A stretch of 64,000 nt of DNA from Sphyrna mokarran. Its lineage: Eukaryota. The translations under genes and the position numbers were made by a program. The notes under the pieces are model-generated. The model made no database searches and was not told where the DNA came from. It saw only the letters and a list, made by a program, of their open reading frames with translations. Below are positions 51,861 to 64,000 of the stretch, in pieces. Numbering within the stretch: position 1 is the first letter of the stretch; every line of letters begins with the position of its first letter. Where the stretch lies: contig JAGIQG010000012.1 of assembly GCA_024679065.1 (NCBI GenBank), positions 19,778,001 to 19,842,000 on the forward strand. Direction: 5' to 3'.

Positions 51861-52569
51861 ATTGTGAGCCATAACTTCTGTAGAGTGGCAATCACAGTTG
51901 GATTGCCATTCTGTGCCCAGTAACTTACACTGAAGTGCAGCACTTGTCTCGCCAATACTCCCAATTTGGTCCAGGTGAAAAAAGTGCAATGTAGTTGTCC
52001 TGGAATCCTCTCAGTTCAGTGCAGAAGAGGCACAGCTCTTTTTTTACAGCATTAGCTCCCGTAAAGCGGGTGAAGTTAAAGGTCCAGCCACTTTGAGAAG
52101 CCAAGTGTAAGGTAAGTGGGCAGGATATTTGGGAGGGTTTAGTGAGGAAATATAAGAGGGTCAAGTTGTCAGTGGTTGGAAAGACCAGGGTTCAGATGGT
52201 CAGTGGGGGAATCATTTGATTGTTTCGGGGGGTCATGTGGTCAATGGGAGGAGTTTGAGTTTTCAGGGAATCAAATGGTCAGATTAATCAGATGATTGAG
52301 GGAGGAATTTGCTGGTCTTTGGGGCTAAGGTGATCAGTAGGGAGTCAGTGGTCGGTGAAAGCTAGGGTGCTCAATAGAGGGCATTGAGTGATCAGTGTAA
52401 GGGTCAGGTAGTCAGTTGGGTGGTTAGCATTTTGGTAGGTGAGGGTAATCAGCGGGTGGGATTTTGTTGTGGGGCTAAGGGAGCTAGGAGCTGTGGGGTT
52501 AGTTGGGGTGGCTGGAATGTAGTCAGGAGATTGGGAAGGCAGTCACGGCTCGGAAAGTGGTTAGGATAT

Positions 52570-54260
52570 TGTGATGGAAGTTAAGTGATGTAATATATTT
52601 AAGTGATTGTTCTAAGAGCTGACTGCAATTGAAAAAGAGTGGAATCTTTCTGTGCGGTTTTAAAATTGTTCTTTTTTATGATGAAAAAAGGATGAGATTC
52701 CAGGCAGTATCTGGCATTCTAAAAAAGAATGGATACTCAAATCTATGGCTGGGGCTATTTGAAAAACAAATACATGATAAAAAGGGGAATATAGGTGTGA
52801 TGAAAGCAGGCAGTTGCTATAGACAGATATGTGATTAATGAGCAGAACTGGGTCTGTAGCAGAGAAAAAGAGGCTTTTAAGGTTTAGAGTTGGGGTTTTA
52901 GCTGCAAATATTGCTGAAGACAAAGGCTTCTGCAAGCTATTGTGAAACTCATATCTCTTGGAAAACTCCAAAGCTATCTATTATAGCGAGCATATTTGTG
53001 ATTACTAACTATATTTAAAATGGCCTTTTAAGTCTGTAAAAAGAATGTTGCACGTTTGGAATTGGAACAATAAGTTTGAAATTAAAATTATTTCCTTTCA
53101 TTTTTAAGTATTGTTCAACTTTTAATGGTTAAGCAGTTTCATTTGTTACTCTTATAGCTAAGCTGTGTTATAAATAAAGATTGTTTTGACATAAAAATCT
53201 CTATTTTGTCAGTGAAATCAATCCTGGAGTGATGTACGCTTTCTTCACATTTTTGCCAAAAAAGAAAAAATGTTGGGATTTAGTGTGGCCTCCTAATATA
53301 ACATGGGTATCTGATCCAGTTTCGTAACAAAAATTGGAGGTTCTGCTGGAATTGAAAAATATAATTCCTTGTTTGGTGTGGGAATGTTGGATTTAAGGAC
53401 AGTGAATGTGAGGAACTGGTGCTTTCTTTTAGTTTAAATAGGGAGTGTCTTGTGAAAAATGGATCTTTCAATGGCTAAAGATTTCCTAGCTATGGAAGAG
53501 GTCATTTGGAGTGGCTTATAAATATGTAGTAGAGCAAAACCCAGAGATTGTGGGCTGCAGCAGGAGGGGAATGTATGAAAGGGGTTAAACAGACAGCATT
53601 GTAACATTTTCACTCACTGCAGGCAGACAGGACAAAGGAAAGGGAAAGAGGCAATAGCAGGGGAGAGAGGCAATAACAGAGGAAAGGGAAAGAGAAAGAG
53701 AAGGCATTTGAACTTCAAAAGCTCAAACTGAAAACAAAGCATCAACTTAAAATGGTGAAGAAAAAGGTGGAAATTGAAGAAAGTGAAGAAGAGGAATTCA
53801 CTCATTTTAGTCAAAGGCTGAGGGGAAAATGTTTAGATATAGTTAAACATTGCCAATGTTTGATGAGAAAAATGTAGAAGCCTTTTCTCATTTCATTTGA
53901 GGGAGTAGCTAAGTAATTAAATGACCACAGACCATGAGAGTACTGTTGGTTCAAACAAAGTTGACAGGGAGAGCTAGTGAAGTGTTTGTGTCATCATTAG
54001 AGGAGGGAGCTAGGGATTATGATAAGGTGAGAAAAGCTGCATAGCGTGCATATGAACTAGTGGCAGGAACATATTCTGGCATGTTTCTTGATTGTGTGGT
54101 GACAAGTTCACAAAGATACAAATTGACGCAGTTGAAGGAAAAATCAAAAATAAAGACAAGGAAGCTGAGGTTCAGTTATCAAAAACAATCTTTGGCCAGA
54201 TGGCTGAGAAAAAACAAGAACAGGTGGACAATGAAGCAGATACCTTTAGTTCAGGAAAGT
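52570..54260 (+). mobile_element. Gypsy-type LTR (about 52570-53329), PBS and gag remnant
   Basis: TGTGATG...GTAACA ends with internal AATAAA. TGGAGGTTC follows 5 nt later. gag-like PMFDEKNVEAF and LLVQTKLTGRASEVFVS...DYDKVRKA..AYELV. Confidence 0.75.
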
Positions 54261-54289
54261 TGACAGAATGAGAACAAAATCTTCCAGTT

Positions 54290-55970
54290 GTGACAAAGGA
54301 TCATCTAGATTCAAAATGTTGACTCTATTCTCTCTCCACTGATGCTGTCAGGCCTGCTGGGGTTTTCTAGAAATTTCATTTTTGTTTCAGATTCTAGTAT
54401 CCGCATAATTTTTCTTTTATCTTAGTATTCGACTCATTGCCACTTCTCTCCCAATGCCTGCCCTAAATAGTTATTGCTGTTCTCTCCAGCAGGATTTCCA
54501 TTTATCTCTTTCACCCTGCCCACCTACATTACTTCCCATTTTCCTTTTAGTTTTGAGAAGGTATTTCTCAAAACTCGCTTTCACAGACATATTTGCTTCC
54601 TCAGTGACTGTCTCCATCTCCGACTCACGCCACGTGGATTCCAACTGAAGTTCCACCCCTCATCTTTCAAATCTACCCAGGATTACAGGTATTTTCATGA
54701 TATACAACATCACCAGCAGCACCAATTCACCAAATCTCAAAGCTGTCCTTATCCATATTCATTTCATTCTTCACCTCATCTGACACCTTAACAATAAACT
54801 TTCTCTCTTCCTTTTCGGTGTCAAGGAATCTAAGCTCCAACAACTCATTGTTACCAACACCATCCAGGACCTTCCTCCCCTGCCTGTCCCTTAGACCCCA
54901 TCTCTCCTAACCCTAGCCCTTGCTGTATATTTGTCAAACTCTCTGACCTTCCCCTCTCAGAGGCTGAGCTTGTTGTACTCGGCAAAGACTCAACTTTGTA
55001 CTCTTACACCCACAATTCGATGAATTTCAGGCTTGACATGATGCTGAATTCTTCTTCCAACGCCTTTGTCTCTGTGCTCACTTTTTTGAGAAGGAGTTCT
55101 CTGCCTGATAAACAGATGCTCTCACCACCTCCAGCATTTTCCTCCCACCTAGATTCCTCCCTCTGGCCTCTTACTATTCTTGTTCTTTTCATTGAAAACT
55201 GTCGGTGTGATATTGGCCATGTCAGTTTCTCTGCTTCTCTTACCCACTCCAACCTGTCTCTTTCTAAACTTTGCTTTCTCAGGTCCAACCCTGACTTCAT
55301 CGTCAAACTCGCTGATAGGGATAGGGCTGTTGTTGTTGGGTATACTGACCTCTATCTCGCAGAGGCTGAACACCAACTCTCAGCTGCTACTTCATACCTC
55401 CCTCTGGACTATGTCCCCATCACTGAGCATCAAGCCATTGATTCCTGTACTGTCACCAACCTCATCTGTCCCTGAGATCTTCCCTCCACAGCTTCTATTC
55501 TCATAGTCTCCCAATCCCAGACAGTCTGCTTCTTTCCTTCCCAAAGTCCACAGACAGGGCCATCATGTCAGCCTGATCCTATCCCACTGAACTAGTTTCT
55601 TCTTATTTTGACTCCATCCTTTCTCCTCTAGTCCAGTCCCTTCCCACCTATATTCGCAATTCCTCTGATGCCCTATAAACAACTTCCAGTTCCCTGGCCT
55701 AAACAGTCTCCTCACCATGGATGTCCAAGCCCTTTGAAACACAATTCCCCACTAGGATGGCCTGAAAGCTCTCTGCTTCTTCCTCCAACAGAGGCCTGAT
55801 TAATCCCCATCCTCCACTCCTCTCCTCTGTGTGGTTCACTGCACAATTTCTACTTTAACTTGTCTCAGCTTTGATGAAGGGTCATCCGGATTGAAAACAT
55901 TAGCTCTATTCTCTTTCCATAGATGCTGCCAGACAAGCTGAGATCTCTTGGCATTTTCTGTTTCTGTCTC
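54290..55970 (+). mobile_element. Penelope-like element (RT N-terminal region) flanked by pseudo-LTR fragments
   Basis: ORF 54996..55475 FLRSNPDFIVKLADRDRAVVV..DLYLAEAEHQLS (KPADKG motif) and LPKVH. The GATGCTG.CAG..GCTG motif occurs at both ends. Confidence 0.85.
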
Positions 55971-55984
55971 CAAAAGAGACCAAT

Positions 55985-56120
55985 GCTGGAATTCGCCAGT
56001 CTTGCATGCCCTGCTGCTGCTGCCAGCGAAAATGGAGAATTTGGCATTCAGCCAAATCTCTGTTCACTGCAACAGAACCGGAAAATTACAGCTGTAGGTG
56101 AGATGGGAGAATTCCGGCCC
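55985..56120. mobile_element. About 135-bp MITE
   Basis: GCTGGAATTCGCC / GGGAGAATTCCGGCCC ends; inverted homologue of 10207-10343. Confidence 0.72.
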
Positions 56121-56526
56121 AGATCTTCATGAGCAAGTATAAAGGGGCCATCTCTATTTCCCATTGCATAGAAATTGCTTTGGATTTCCTAACCGTTTTG
56201 GTTGGACAATAGCTATATTGCACAAGTAATCAAAACTAATCTGAGATTTTGTCATCTGAAGACCGAAAGAGATCTGCTCAGTCTACAAAGAACAGCATTG
56301 TATATCATAAGCTGCGGACAAAGGCAGTAACACCAAAACCTTTTTAAATGTGTAGGCTGCTACATTCTAAAAAGCCTCACAGCCTAAATCCTAATTCAAC
56401 TCCATCTGTAAAGAGCTTTGTGAGATGAAGACCAGAGTGCACTACTGTGTGAACTGCTTGAGCATTCATCTCTTTAAGGGAATCCTGACTAGGTATTTGT
56501 ATCTGGATCCATCTAAATTGCAATTC

Positions 56527-57075
56527 ATAGAATCCCTATTGTGTGAAACAAGGCCAGTCAGCCATCAAGCCTTCACCAACAACTATCACACCCAGACCCT
56601 ATCCCTGTGACCCCATGAATTTACCCTGCTATCTCCTCTGACACTAAGGGGCAATTTTGCATGGCCAATCAACCTGACCCACACATTCTTGGAATGTGGA
56701 ATAATGAAGAGGAATTTATTCAGCCAGAGAGTGGTAAATCTGTGAAAGTCTTTGCCATAGAAGGCTGTGGAGGACAGGCCACTATGTCTTTAAGACAGAG
56801 ATATAGGTTCTTGGTTATTAAGAAGATCAGGGGTTATAGAGAAAAGGCAGGAGAATGGGAATGAGAAAAATATCAGCCATGATTGAATGGTGGAGCAGAC
56901 TCGATGGGCCAATGGCCTATTTCTGCTAGTCTTATGGTGTGGGAAGAAACTGGAACACCTAGAGGAAATCCATACAGGGAAAACATGCAAACTTCACACA
57001 GTCATCCAAAGCCAGCATTGAGCCTAAGTCCCTGGCATTGTGAGGTAGCAGTGCTAACCACTGTGCCACCATAGC
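56527..57075 (-). mobile_element. HE1-like V-SINE split by a short plus-strand CR1 3' end (56700-56937)
   Basis: TGTGG duplicated at 56695-56699 and 56938-56942. The insert has CR1 3'-end sequence and a TCTTATG tail. Confidence 0.85.
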
Positions 57076-57762
57076 ACCCTAAATTAAATTCAAGAGTGGC
57101 AAAGGCGCCTTTTTTTATATAGGTCCCATAATTACTGCTTCCCATTACAGGTCAAATATGAGATCTATGAACTAACAATTCTTTTGTCTATAACCTGTAA
57201 AAGTACACTATTCTCTCTAATTGTATTTTTCTTGAGCTACGGATGTGTGAGTGCTGATTGATTGTGACCTAGCTCTACTCTTTCATGGTGAAGGTGTGAA
57301 TGGCCATGACCACGCAGAATATGACTGAATATGACTGACAACATATCTGCTACTTTGAACAGCATGACAGATTATTGAGCCATAGCTTACAAAATGTCAG
57401 TAATCTCCATGACACTCTTCTGCCGAGAGGTAATGGTAATGTGCTGATCGATCAAGAGAGTAATAATGCTGAAAGAAGACCTGGAAGTGGAAGCTCCAAT
57501 CAAACTACCATTTTTCATTCTCCAGTATGCTTCCTCCTGCCCCAGTGGCTGAGTCTATTCCTTCACAGGTGTAGGTGAAGCAGTCTTTGCTATCATGGAT
57601 TCCATCAGTCAGAGGTCACTGGTCAACAGTATTTCAGTTCACAAAACATATCTATACATATATGCTTATCTATACACCAGTTGAAGCAATAGTAGGTTAT
57701 ATCACATTGGAGTATTAACAAAAAAAGATAAAAGCTTTGAAGGTCATTGATGATATTTTTAG

Positions 57763-58075
57763 GGTAGCAGCATAGTGACTTGATGATTAGCACTGCTGCC
57801 TCACAGCACAAGGACCTGGGTTCGATTCCTGGCTTGGGTCACTCTCTGTGAGGAGTTTGCCTATTCTTCCCATGTCTGCATGGGTTTCCTCTGGGTGCTC
57901 TACTTTCCTTCCATAGTCCAGAGATGTTCAGGTTAGGTAAATTGACCATATTAAATTCTCCTTCAGTGTACCCAAAGAAGTACTGGAATATGGTGATTAG
58001 GGGATTTTCGCAGTAACTTCATTACAGTATGAATGTAAGCCTACTCTTGACTAATAAATAAACTTTAAACTTTAA
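57763..58075 (+). mobile_element. V-SINE (Rex-like tail family)
   Basis: Homologous to 10563-10845. Confidence 0.85.
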
Positions 58076-61000
58076 AATCAGGTGGGGTGAGGCTCATAGA
58101 ACAGCATTCCCTGTTGACTTCGGGCATGATCTTACAAGCCTTGGGCAGCTGTGCCAGTAAAATCAGGGTCATGAGAAAATGTCATTATTTGCAGCGATTC
58201 TCTGTACTGTGGTAATATTAGGCAGGGAATTAGACATAGTCACACAGAAAGGTTTAAAAGCCCCTTATCTAAGTGGGTACACAATGGTCTTTAGTCAGAC
58301 AACATGCGCAACGTCTTACCTAGAACCTCTTCTTGTGCTCTATAGCAAGCACTTCTGATGGGCCAAGAAACATTCACTTATCTGGTGAGAAGAGGAGTTA
58401 CTGAATGTGTCACATTAAGTGTAACATCTCACCTGGGCCTGGAGTGTTGAATGTAAGCAGTGAAGTCTAACATGTAATAAAACTTATTTTTGTTTTAAAA
58501 AAATGATAGACTCACCAAGTAACACCTTATTATTGAAATCAAAGGTCTTGTTACACATGGCTTCATTCGTTATAGCTGGTCTCAAACATAATTTTGTTCA
58601 CATGAATTTTCTTCCTCTACTTCTGTTGAATATTAACTTCCATTTCTCACATTACATTTTAGTTATCACATTACTTAATTCTTAGGGCCACTTTGCCAGT
58701 TTCCTTGACAGCCCTCCTTCTACTAAGTACTGCTTTGATAGTTAGCCAACTGCTTGTGTATAGAGAATGCAATGTGGTCGTTGAAGGGAAATTAGTCAGC
58801 ACACTGATTCTTGTTATCTGAAGGAGTGTCAGATATGCACTTTAAGACTGATCCTGCCAACTCTTTTCAACAGGAAACTGATAGTTTGGAAAACAACTGC
58901 CAATAGTTGTTTAAGTACAGTTTTTCTGGAAAGATTTGTCAAGTACTATACCACTAGACTTTCATGAGTTGTTCAGCATCTTTTGACAAATTGTACTCAA
59001 GAAGAAGCTAAGCCAAATTGTAAGTGTGTGGGAGACCATTTTTTGAGAAGGAAATAATTCAGGTAATGATGATTTGGATACTGTTGCTGGATTAATTTTT
59101 CATTATAAACTGTGTTCTGAGGGAATATTAAACCTGTAAAGAATCCTTCATCATAAATTCTTTGGCTCCCAAGCTGAAATTGTGAGACCAGGCATAATGC
59201 TTCCTAAATTCTCAGCTAGTTTGTTTTTAAGTGTTGTATTTAATTCTGAAGCATGGCAAAATTCTAGACTGTTGAAGGGCTGTAGTTGGGTAACTGTTCT
59301 TGAACTCCCTCCCTCATATCATTGTGGAAGTACCTTCACCATATGAACTACAGCAGTTCAGAAAGAAGTCTTATTTATATCTTCACAAGAATAACTAAGT
59401 TGGGCAATAAATGTTGGCCTTGTTAGTGACACCCATATCTTGAAGGTGAATTTGTTAAAATAGCTGTTGATGCAGCTTGGCTTTATAGATTTTCCATTGC
59501 TATTTATACATATTTGCATTTTGGCAAGTAGTCTCAATTTATATCTTGGAGTGAACAGATTTTCAACGTTCTTCAGACTTCATACGCAACCTAGCTAACT
59601 GGTGCCTGACCACTCACTGGCATTCAGGATGGGCTGTGAGTTGAGTACATGTCTATCACTGTGAATGTGCCGCTTCAACTTGCTACATCTGAAGACTTAC
59701 GGTTTTGTAAAACATAATAATGCAGAATACAAGAAATAAACTGGAAGAAAGTTCAGAAATAATATCTTCTACCTGTCGTGAATATAAAAGCATGGAAATT
59801 GGGCAGTCTCCAACCTCACCATTATCATGTTCTAAACTGGGATGGAAATGCAATGGAAATCTTTTATCTGAATGCAGTATCAGTAAATGGACATGTTGTT
59901 CACTCAATGCATATTATTCTAAATTACTTTGTGTACAAAGTCTTACAATCATTCAGAGGAGGTGTGGACTTGCTCATTGAATTTGGCTTTTGTTTGGGCG
60001 CAAGAATTAGGCCCTACACAAGCCTGCATTGTAACAGATGTATCTTGGAACTGACAGCCCAGCATTTGTCCTATACTAAAAAGAAAATTGAGCAGCCTGT
60101 AAAATTGTAAAACAGGATACTGATTCACAATGAGCAGGTTTTGTGCTACTGTTTACTGGAGAGACCAATTTTACCACATTGGTGTACTGTGTAATTTAGG
60201 AAATTGCATCAATGCAGTCAAATTGGACAGTTACGTCACGTTGTTATTGACACTCAGTAAGAAAAGAGATTAAAGTGTTGAATACTCCTTAGTCATTTGT
60301 TTGGTATACTTGTGGCTAGTGAATTGACTGCTACTTCTGCAGATTCCCATTCCAGTTTGAAAGAATTAGAGGCAAAAAATTTGAGGACAATGCTGTTGCC
60401 ATGCAAAGCAAAAGAAAATACAGAAAACAGAAAAATAACATTAACGACGCAATAAGAAGCAAAAGAAACTGAGTCCTTGTCAGGATTTCTTTTACAGTAA
60501 ATGAGGGGGAACTGGTTTCACTAGTAGCAGCATCAATGACTAAAGGTACCAGCCTCAAAATAACTGGCAAAAAATCCTTAATGAAGTGATCTGTTGCAGT
60601 TAGTGTCTGAGAGGTAGGTGGAAACAGATTGGATCATAATTTTCAAAAATGAATTAGATATATACATCAGTAGCAAACGTCAATCAGGTGGAGAGAATTC
60701 TTTGCATTCTTTGGACTCGAAATGGGAGGTCGAGATAGGGATCCTTATATTTGGGCAGCCCAGGGCCTCAATAAATGTTGTCCAGGCCTGTGCCTTGGAG
60801 CGGACACTCTAATTTCACTACACATCATTACACAATGGGGGAGATAAGCTTAACACAGAATTGACCACTATGTCAATTCACAATGAGATGGAAGATATCC
60901 ATTGTCTGATTGTCAAAGAGCCAGTCTTTGCATGATGAACTGAAGTACCTTTGCTGTATTGTTTTATGTCCTGAAGAGTAAAGCTTTAACATTTATTTTT

Positions 61001-61299
61001 TAATTGCGGTTAAAAAAAATTGCAGCAACATTGTGAGCATTATGCTTATACTTGTAACCTCAGTAAATGTATCCACACTGGAAGCAGCGAGAGCTGAGCT
61101 TATTGAATTATGTTGCTTACTATTAAAGGGATTCAGCATCATGAATGTATGTAGTATTTGGGTGGAGAGAAAACAATGGACTGAATCTTCCAAGGAGTGA
61201 CAATCATCACTGGATTGTCATTCTGCTCCTATGTACTTAACTTGCATGGGAACTCCACTTTTCTCATCATAACTTCCAAACTGGCCTCCTAAAAAATGT

Positions 61300-62410
61300 G
61301 AAGTTTATTTGTTTGGAGTCCTCCCTTCATAGTGCAGGAGTGTCAGGGGAAGCCAAACCACATTTCCTTTACATGGCACCAGGTGCTGTTTTCCAGTAAG
61401 TTTAAATGCCGCAACGTCAGTTTGAGAAGAGGAAAAGATGATAGGCAATTCAGTGATGGGTAGGATATATTAGGGATGAGAGCCAGTGGGTCGTCGGGTG
61501 AAGAAGTGGTCAGGAGTATCAGGGACGTTAATCAAGTAGAGCATATGTTGGTGGTTAGGAGGAGGCATGTTAGTTGGGTGGTTCAGGGGTAGTAGGGCGG
61601 ATTGTGTAGTTCGGAGGTTGGCGGGTTCTCAGAGTATTCAGGAAGTCAGATGGGTAGTCTTGTGAGGGGTGCAGTCAGAGTATTTGGGTGGGGTTAGCCT
61701 GAGGGTTGAGGGATAGTTGGGTTGGGGATAGTTGGGTGGTCGTGGTAGTCAGATGGGGATAGTTAGGGGGTTAGAAGGGCAGTCAGGGAAAAGGTCATGG
61801 GGTAATTGGGTGGCTGCAGCATTGTAGCTGGGTTGTCACAGATGTAGAGAGGTGGGAGTAGACAGGGGTTAATCAGGTGGGGGCTAGTCAGGTGGCCGGG
61901 GTGTAGTTGGGGGTGTCATGGGGTAGTTGGGCTGCTAGTGGTCAGTTGCAGGTGCAGTCAGGAGGTTTGGGGTAGTCAGGTAGTCAGGGAATAATTGGGT
62001 GAGGAGATAGTTGTGGGTGTAGTGGGGTGTGAGAATAGCCATTGTTGAGGGAGGAATAGTCAAACGTTTGGGCATTAGTTGGATGGAGGGGTCAGCAAAT
62101 CCAATAGAGAGGTGGGGTGTGGTACCATAGTTATCTAGGAGATAGAATTGATTTTAATCCTTCTAACTTTTCCTGGTTAACTATTCTGTTAAATAAGTCA
62201 GAACCATTCAAATTCACTGACTTTGACTCAGAATTTCAAAGGCTTCCAGATAGTGGACAATTGCCCATCAGGAGTCCAAACTCCTGAAGCAATTCCTGTT
62301 TTGTCAGGATGTGCGGACTTCGGAGGGGTCTCCCAGTGCATCTTGGAATGTACCTCTGGCATACATCCATCAGGAAATCAAATTTTTGAGCCAAGAGGTT
62401 GCCTTGTCAA
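61300..62410. mobile_element. Large non-autonomous element with G-rich degenerate tandem interior
   Basis: Repeated GTAGTCAGG/GATAGTTGGG units, then TTTTAATCCTTCTAA.TTTCCTGG..AACTATT...AGAACCAT, which is shared with about 9660-10060. A similar G-rich tract lies at about 52040-52570. Confidence 0.55.
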
Positions 62411-63147
62411 AAAGTGTGCAATGACGATTTGGGATAACCAGTTAATGGATACAATAACCTCATGGGCATGGTACTGAATGGCCAGATTGGGGAGTTGTGG
62501 GTTACAATGATGATATGTTGCAATAATTTAATTAAAATAAATCTAATCATCTGTGGGCCATCAAGAAAACTAACTAAAGAAAGTTGTTCTTTTGTTCTAT
62601 AAAGACCAACTGGTTCACTAATATCCTTGAAGAAAGGATTACTATTCGGGTTTATATGTGATTCCAATCCCACACTTTGCAGTTGACACTTTGGGAAATC
62701 AGGAATGGTCAACAAATATTAGTTTGTAAGTGTTTTCCACATCTCTAAGAATCAAAAAATAGAAGATGTGTGCAAAACACTCAAGAAATCATGCAGCAAC
62801 TCTGAAGAAAGGAAAAATGTTAACATTTCAGACTCAGCTTTTTCTCTGTTCATATATAACGCATTTACACGTAGATATTTGTGTGAATGTATATATAACA
62901 AAATATTTATAGCACAGAAACAGACCATTTGTTCCAACAGGTCATGTTGGTGCTTTTACTCCATAGAAGCCTCTTCCCATTCTCTTCATCTGATTTCATC
63001 AACATATCCTTCGATTCCTTTTACTTTTGTACTTACCTAGTGCCTGCTTGTCTGTATTTCTGCTATTCACCTCAATTAATCTGTGTAAAAGGGACAATTT
63101 GTGTGGTACAATCAACCAGTCTTCAGGATGTATGGCCTACATTTTTG

Positions 63148-64000
63148 AGTTGATTTGATTTATTACTGTCACATGTATTAACATATAGTGAAAAGTATTG
63201 TTTCTTGCGTGCCATACAGACAAAAAAATACTGTTCATAGAAAAGAAAATAAGAGAGTGCAGAATGTAACATTACAGTCATAACTAAGGTGATCAACTTA
63301 GTGCAAGGTAAGTCCATTCAAAAGTCTGACAGCAGCAGGGAAGAAGCTGTTCTTGAGTTGGTTGATACATGACTGCAGACTTTTGTATCTTTTTCCCGAA
63401 GAAGAAGGTGGCAGAGAGAATATCCAGGTTGCTTTGCTGAGGCAGCAGGAAATGTAGACAGAATCAATGGATAGGAGATTTGCATGATGGATTGAGTTAC
63501 ATTCATGATCTTTTGTAGTTCTTTCTGATCTTGGGCAGAGCAGGAACTATACCAACCTATGATACAACGAGAAAGAATGCTTTTTGTGTGCACCTATAAA
63601 AGTTGATGAGAGTCATAACTGACATACCAAATTTCTTCAGTCTTCTGAGAAAGTAGAGGCGTTGGTGGGCTTTTTAACTATAGTATTGGCATGGGGGGAA
63701 CCAAGACAGATTGTTGGTGATCTGGATTCCTAAAAACTTGAAGCTCTTAACTCTTTCTACTTTGTCTGCATTGATGTAGACAGGAGCATGTTCTCCTTTA
63801 CGCTTCCTGAAACCAATGACAGTCTTCTTCATTTTGGTGGCATTGAAGGAGAGATTATTGTTGGTGCACCAGTTCACCAGATTCTCTATCTCATTGCTGT
63901 ATTCTGTCTCATCATTGTTTGAGACCTGATCCACTATGGAGATGTTGTCAGCAAATTTGAAAATCAAATTGGAGGGAAATTTGGCCACACAGTCATAGAT
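63148..64000 (-). mobile_element. Rex/Babar-like LINE 3' part (runs off the window)
   Basis: ORF 63674..63988 IFKFADNISIVDQVSNNDETEYSNEIENLVNWCTNNNLSFNATKMK..VIGFRK, ORF 63318..63593, and a (TCAAA)n tail. Confidence 0.88.

Noticed and set aside
61450-62120. G-quadruplex-like or telomere-like G-rich tracts (also about 16400-16880, 21870-22150, 37990-38190)
   Set aside because: These are degenerate interiors of repeat families, not TTAGGG arrays, with no locus-specific evidence of function.
30400-64000. A second host gene upstream of TMEM178A
   Set aside because: No spliceable exon chain or non-TE protein similarity was recognised. Small or non-coding exons cannot be excluded by eye.

Overview
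Vertebrate nuclear DNA, most likely from a shark or other elasmobranch, judged from its HE1-like V-SINEs, CR1/L2, Penelope, Tx1, RTE and Harbinger content. One protein-coding gene is supported. TMEM178A lies on the minus strand in four coding exons (30000-29556, 5108-4995, 3613-3476, 824-583). All three introns are phase 1 with GT-AG ends, and the joined CDS is 939 nt (312 aa). Intron 1 (about 24.4 kb) and the 34 kb upstream are mostly nested, decayed transposons; most ORF-track entries are TE fragments or chance ORFs. I found no CRISPR, rRNA, genuine tRNA or prokaryote-type system. The most notable observations are: two template-switch palindromes; two independent CR1 insertions at nearly the same site of an HE1-like SINE; a CpG-rich CR1 with a SINE V-domain in its long 3' UTR; a V-SINE whose tail resembles the local Rex/Babar LINE tail; and a 5-codon uORF just before the TMEM178A start. 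Family assignments come from recalled motifs, not database searches. Repeat boundaries are approximate unless a TSD is given.
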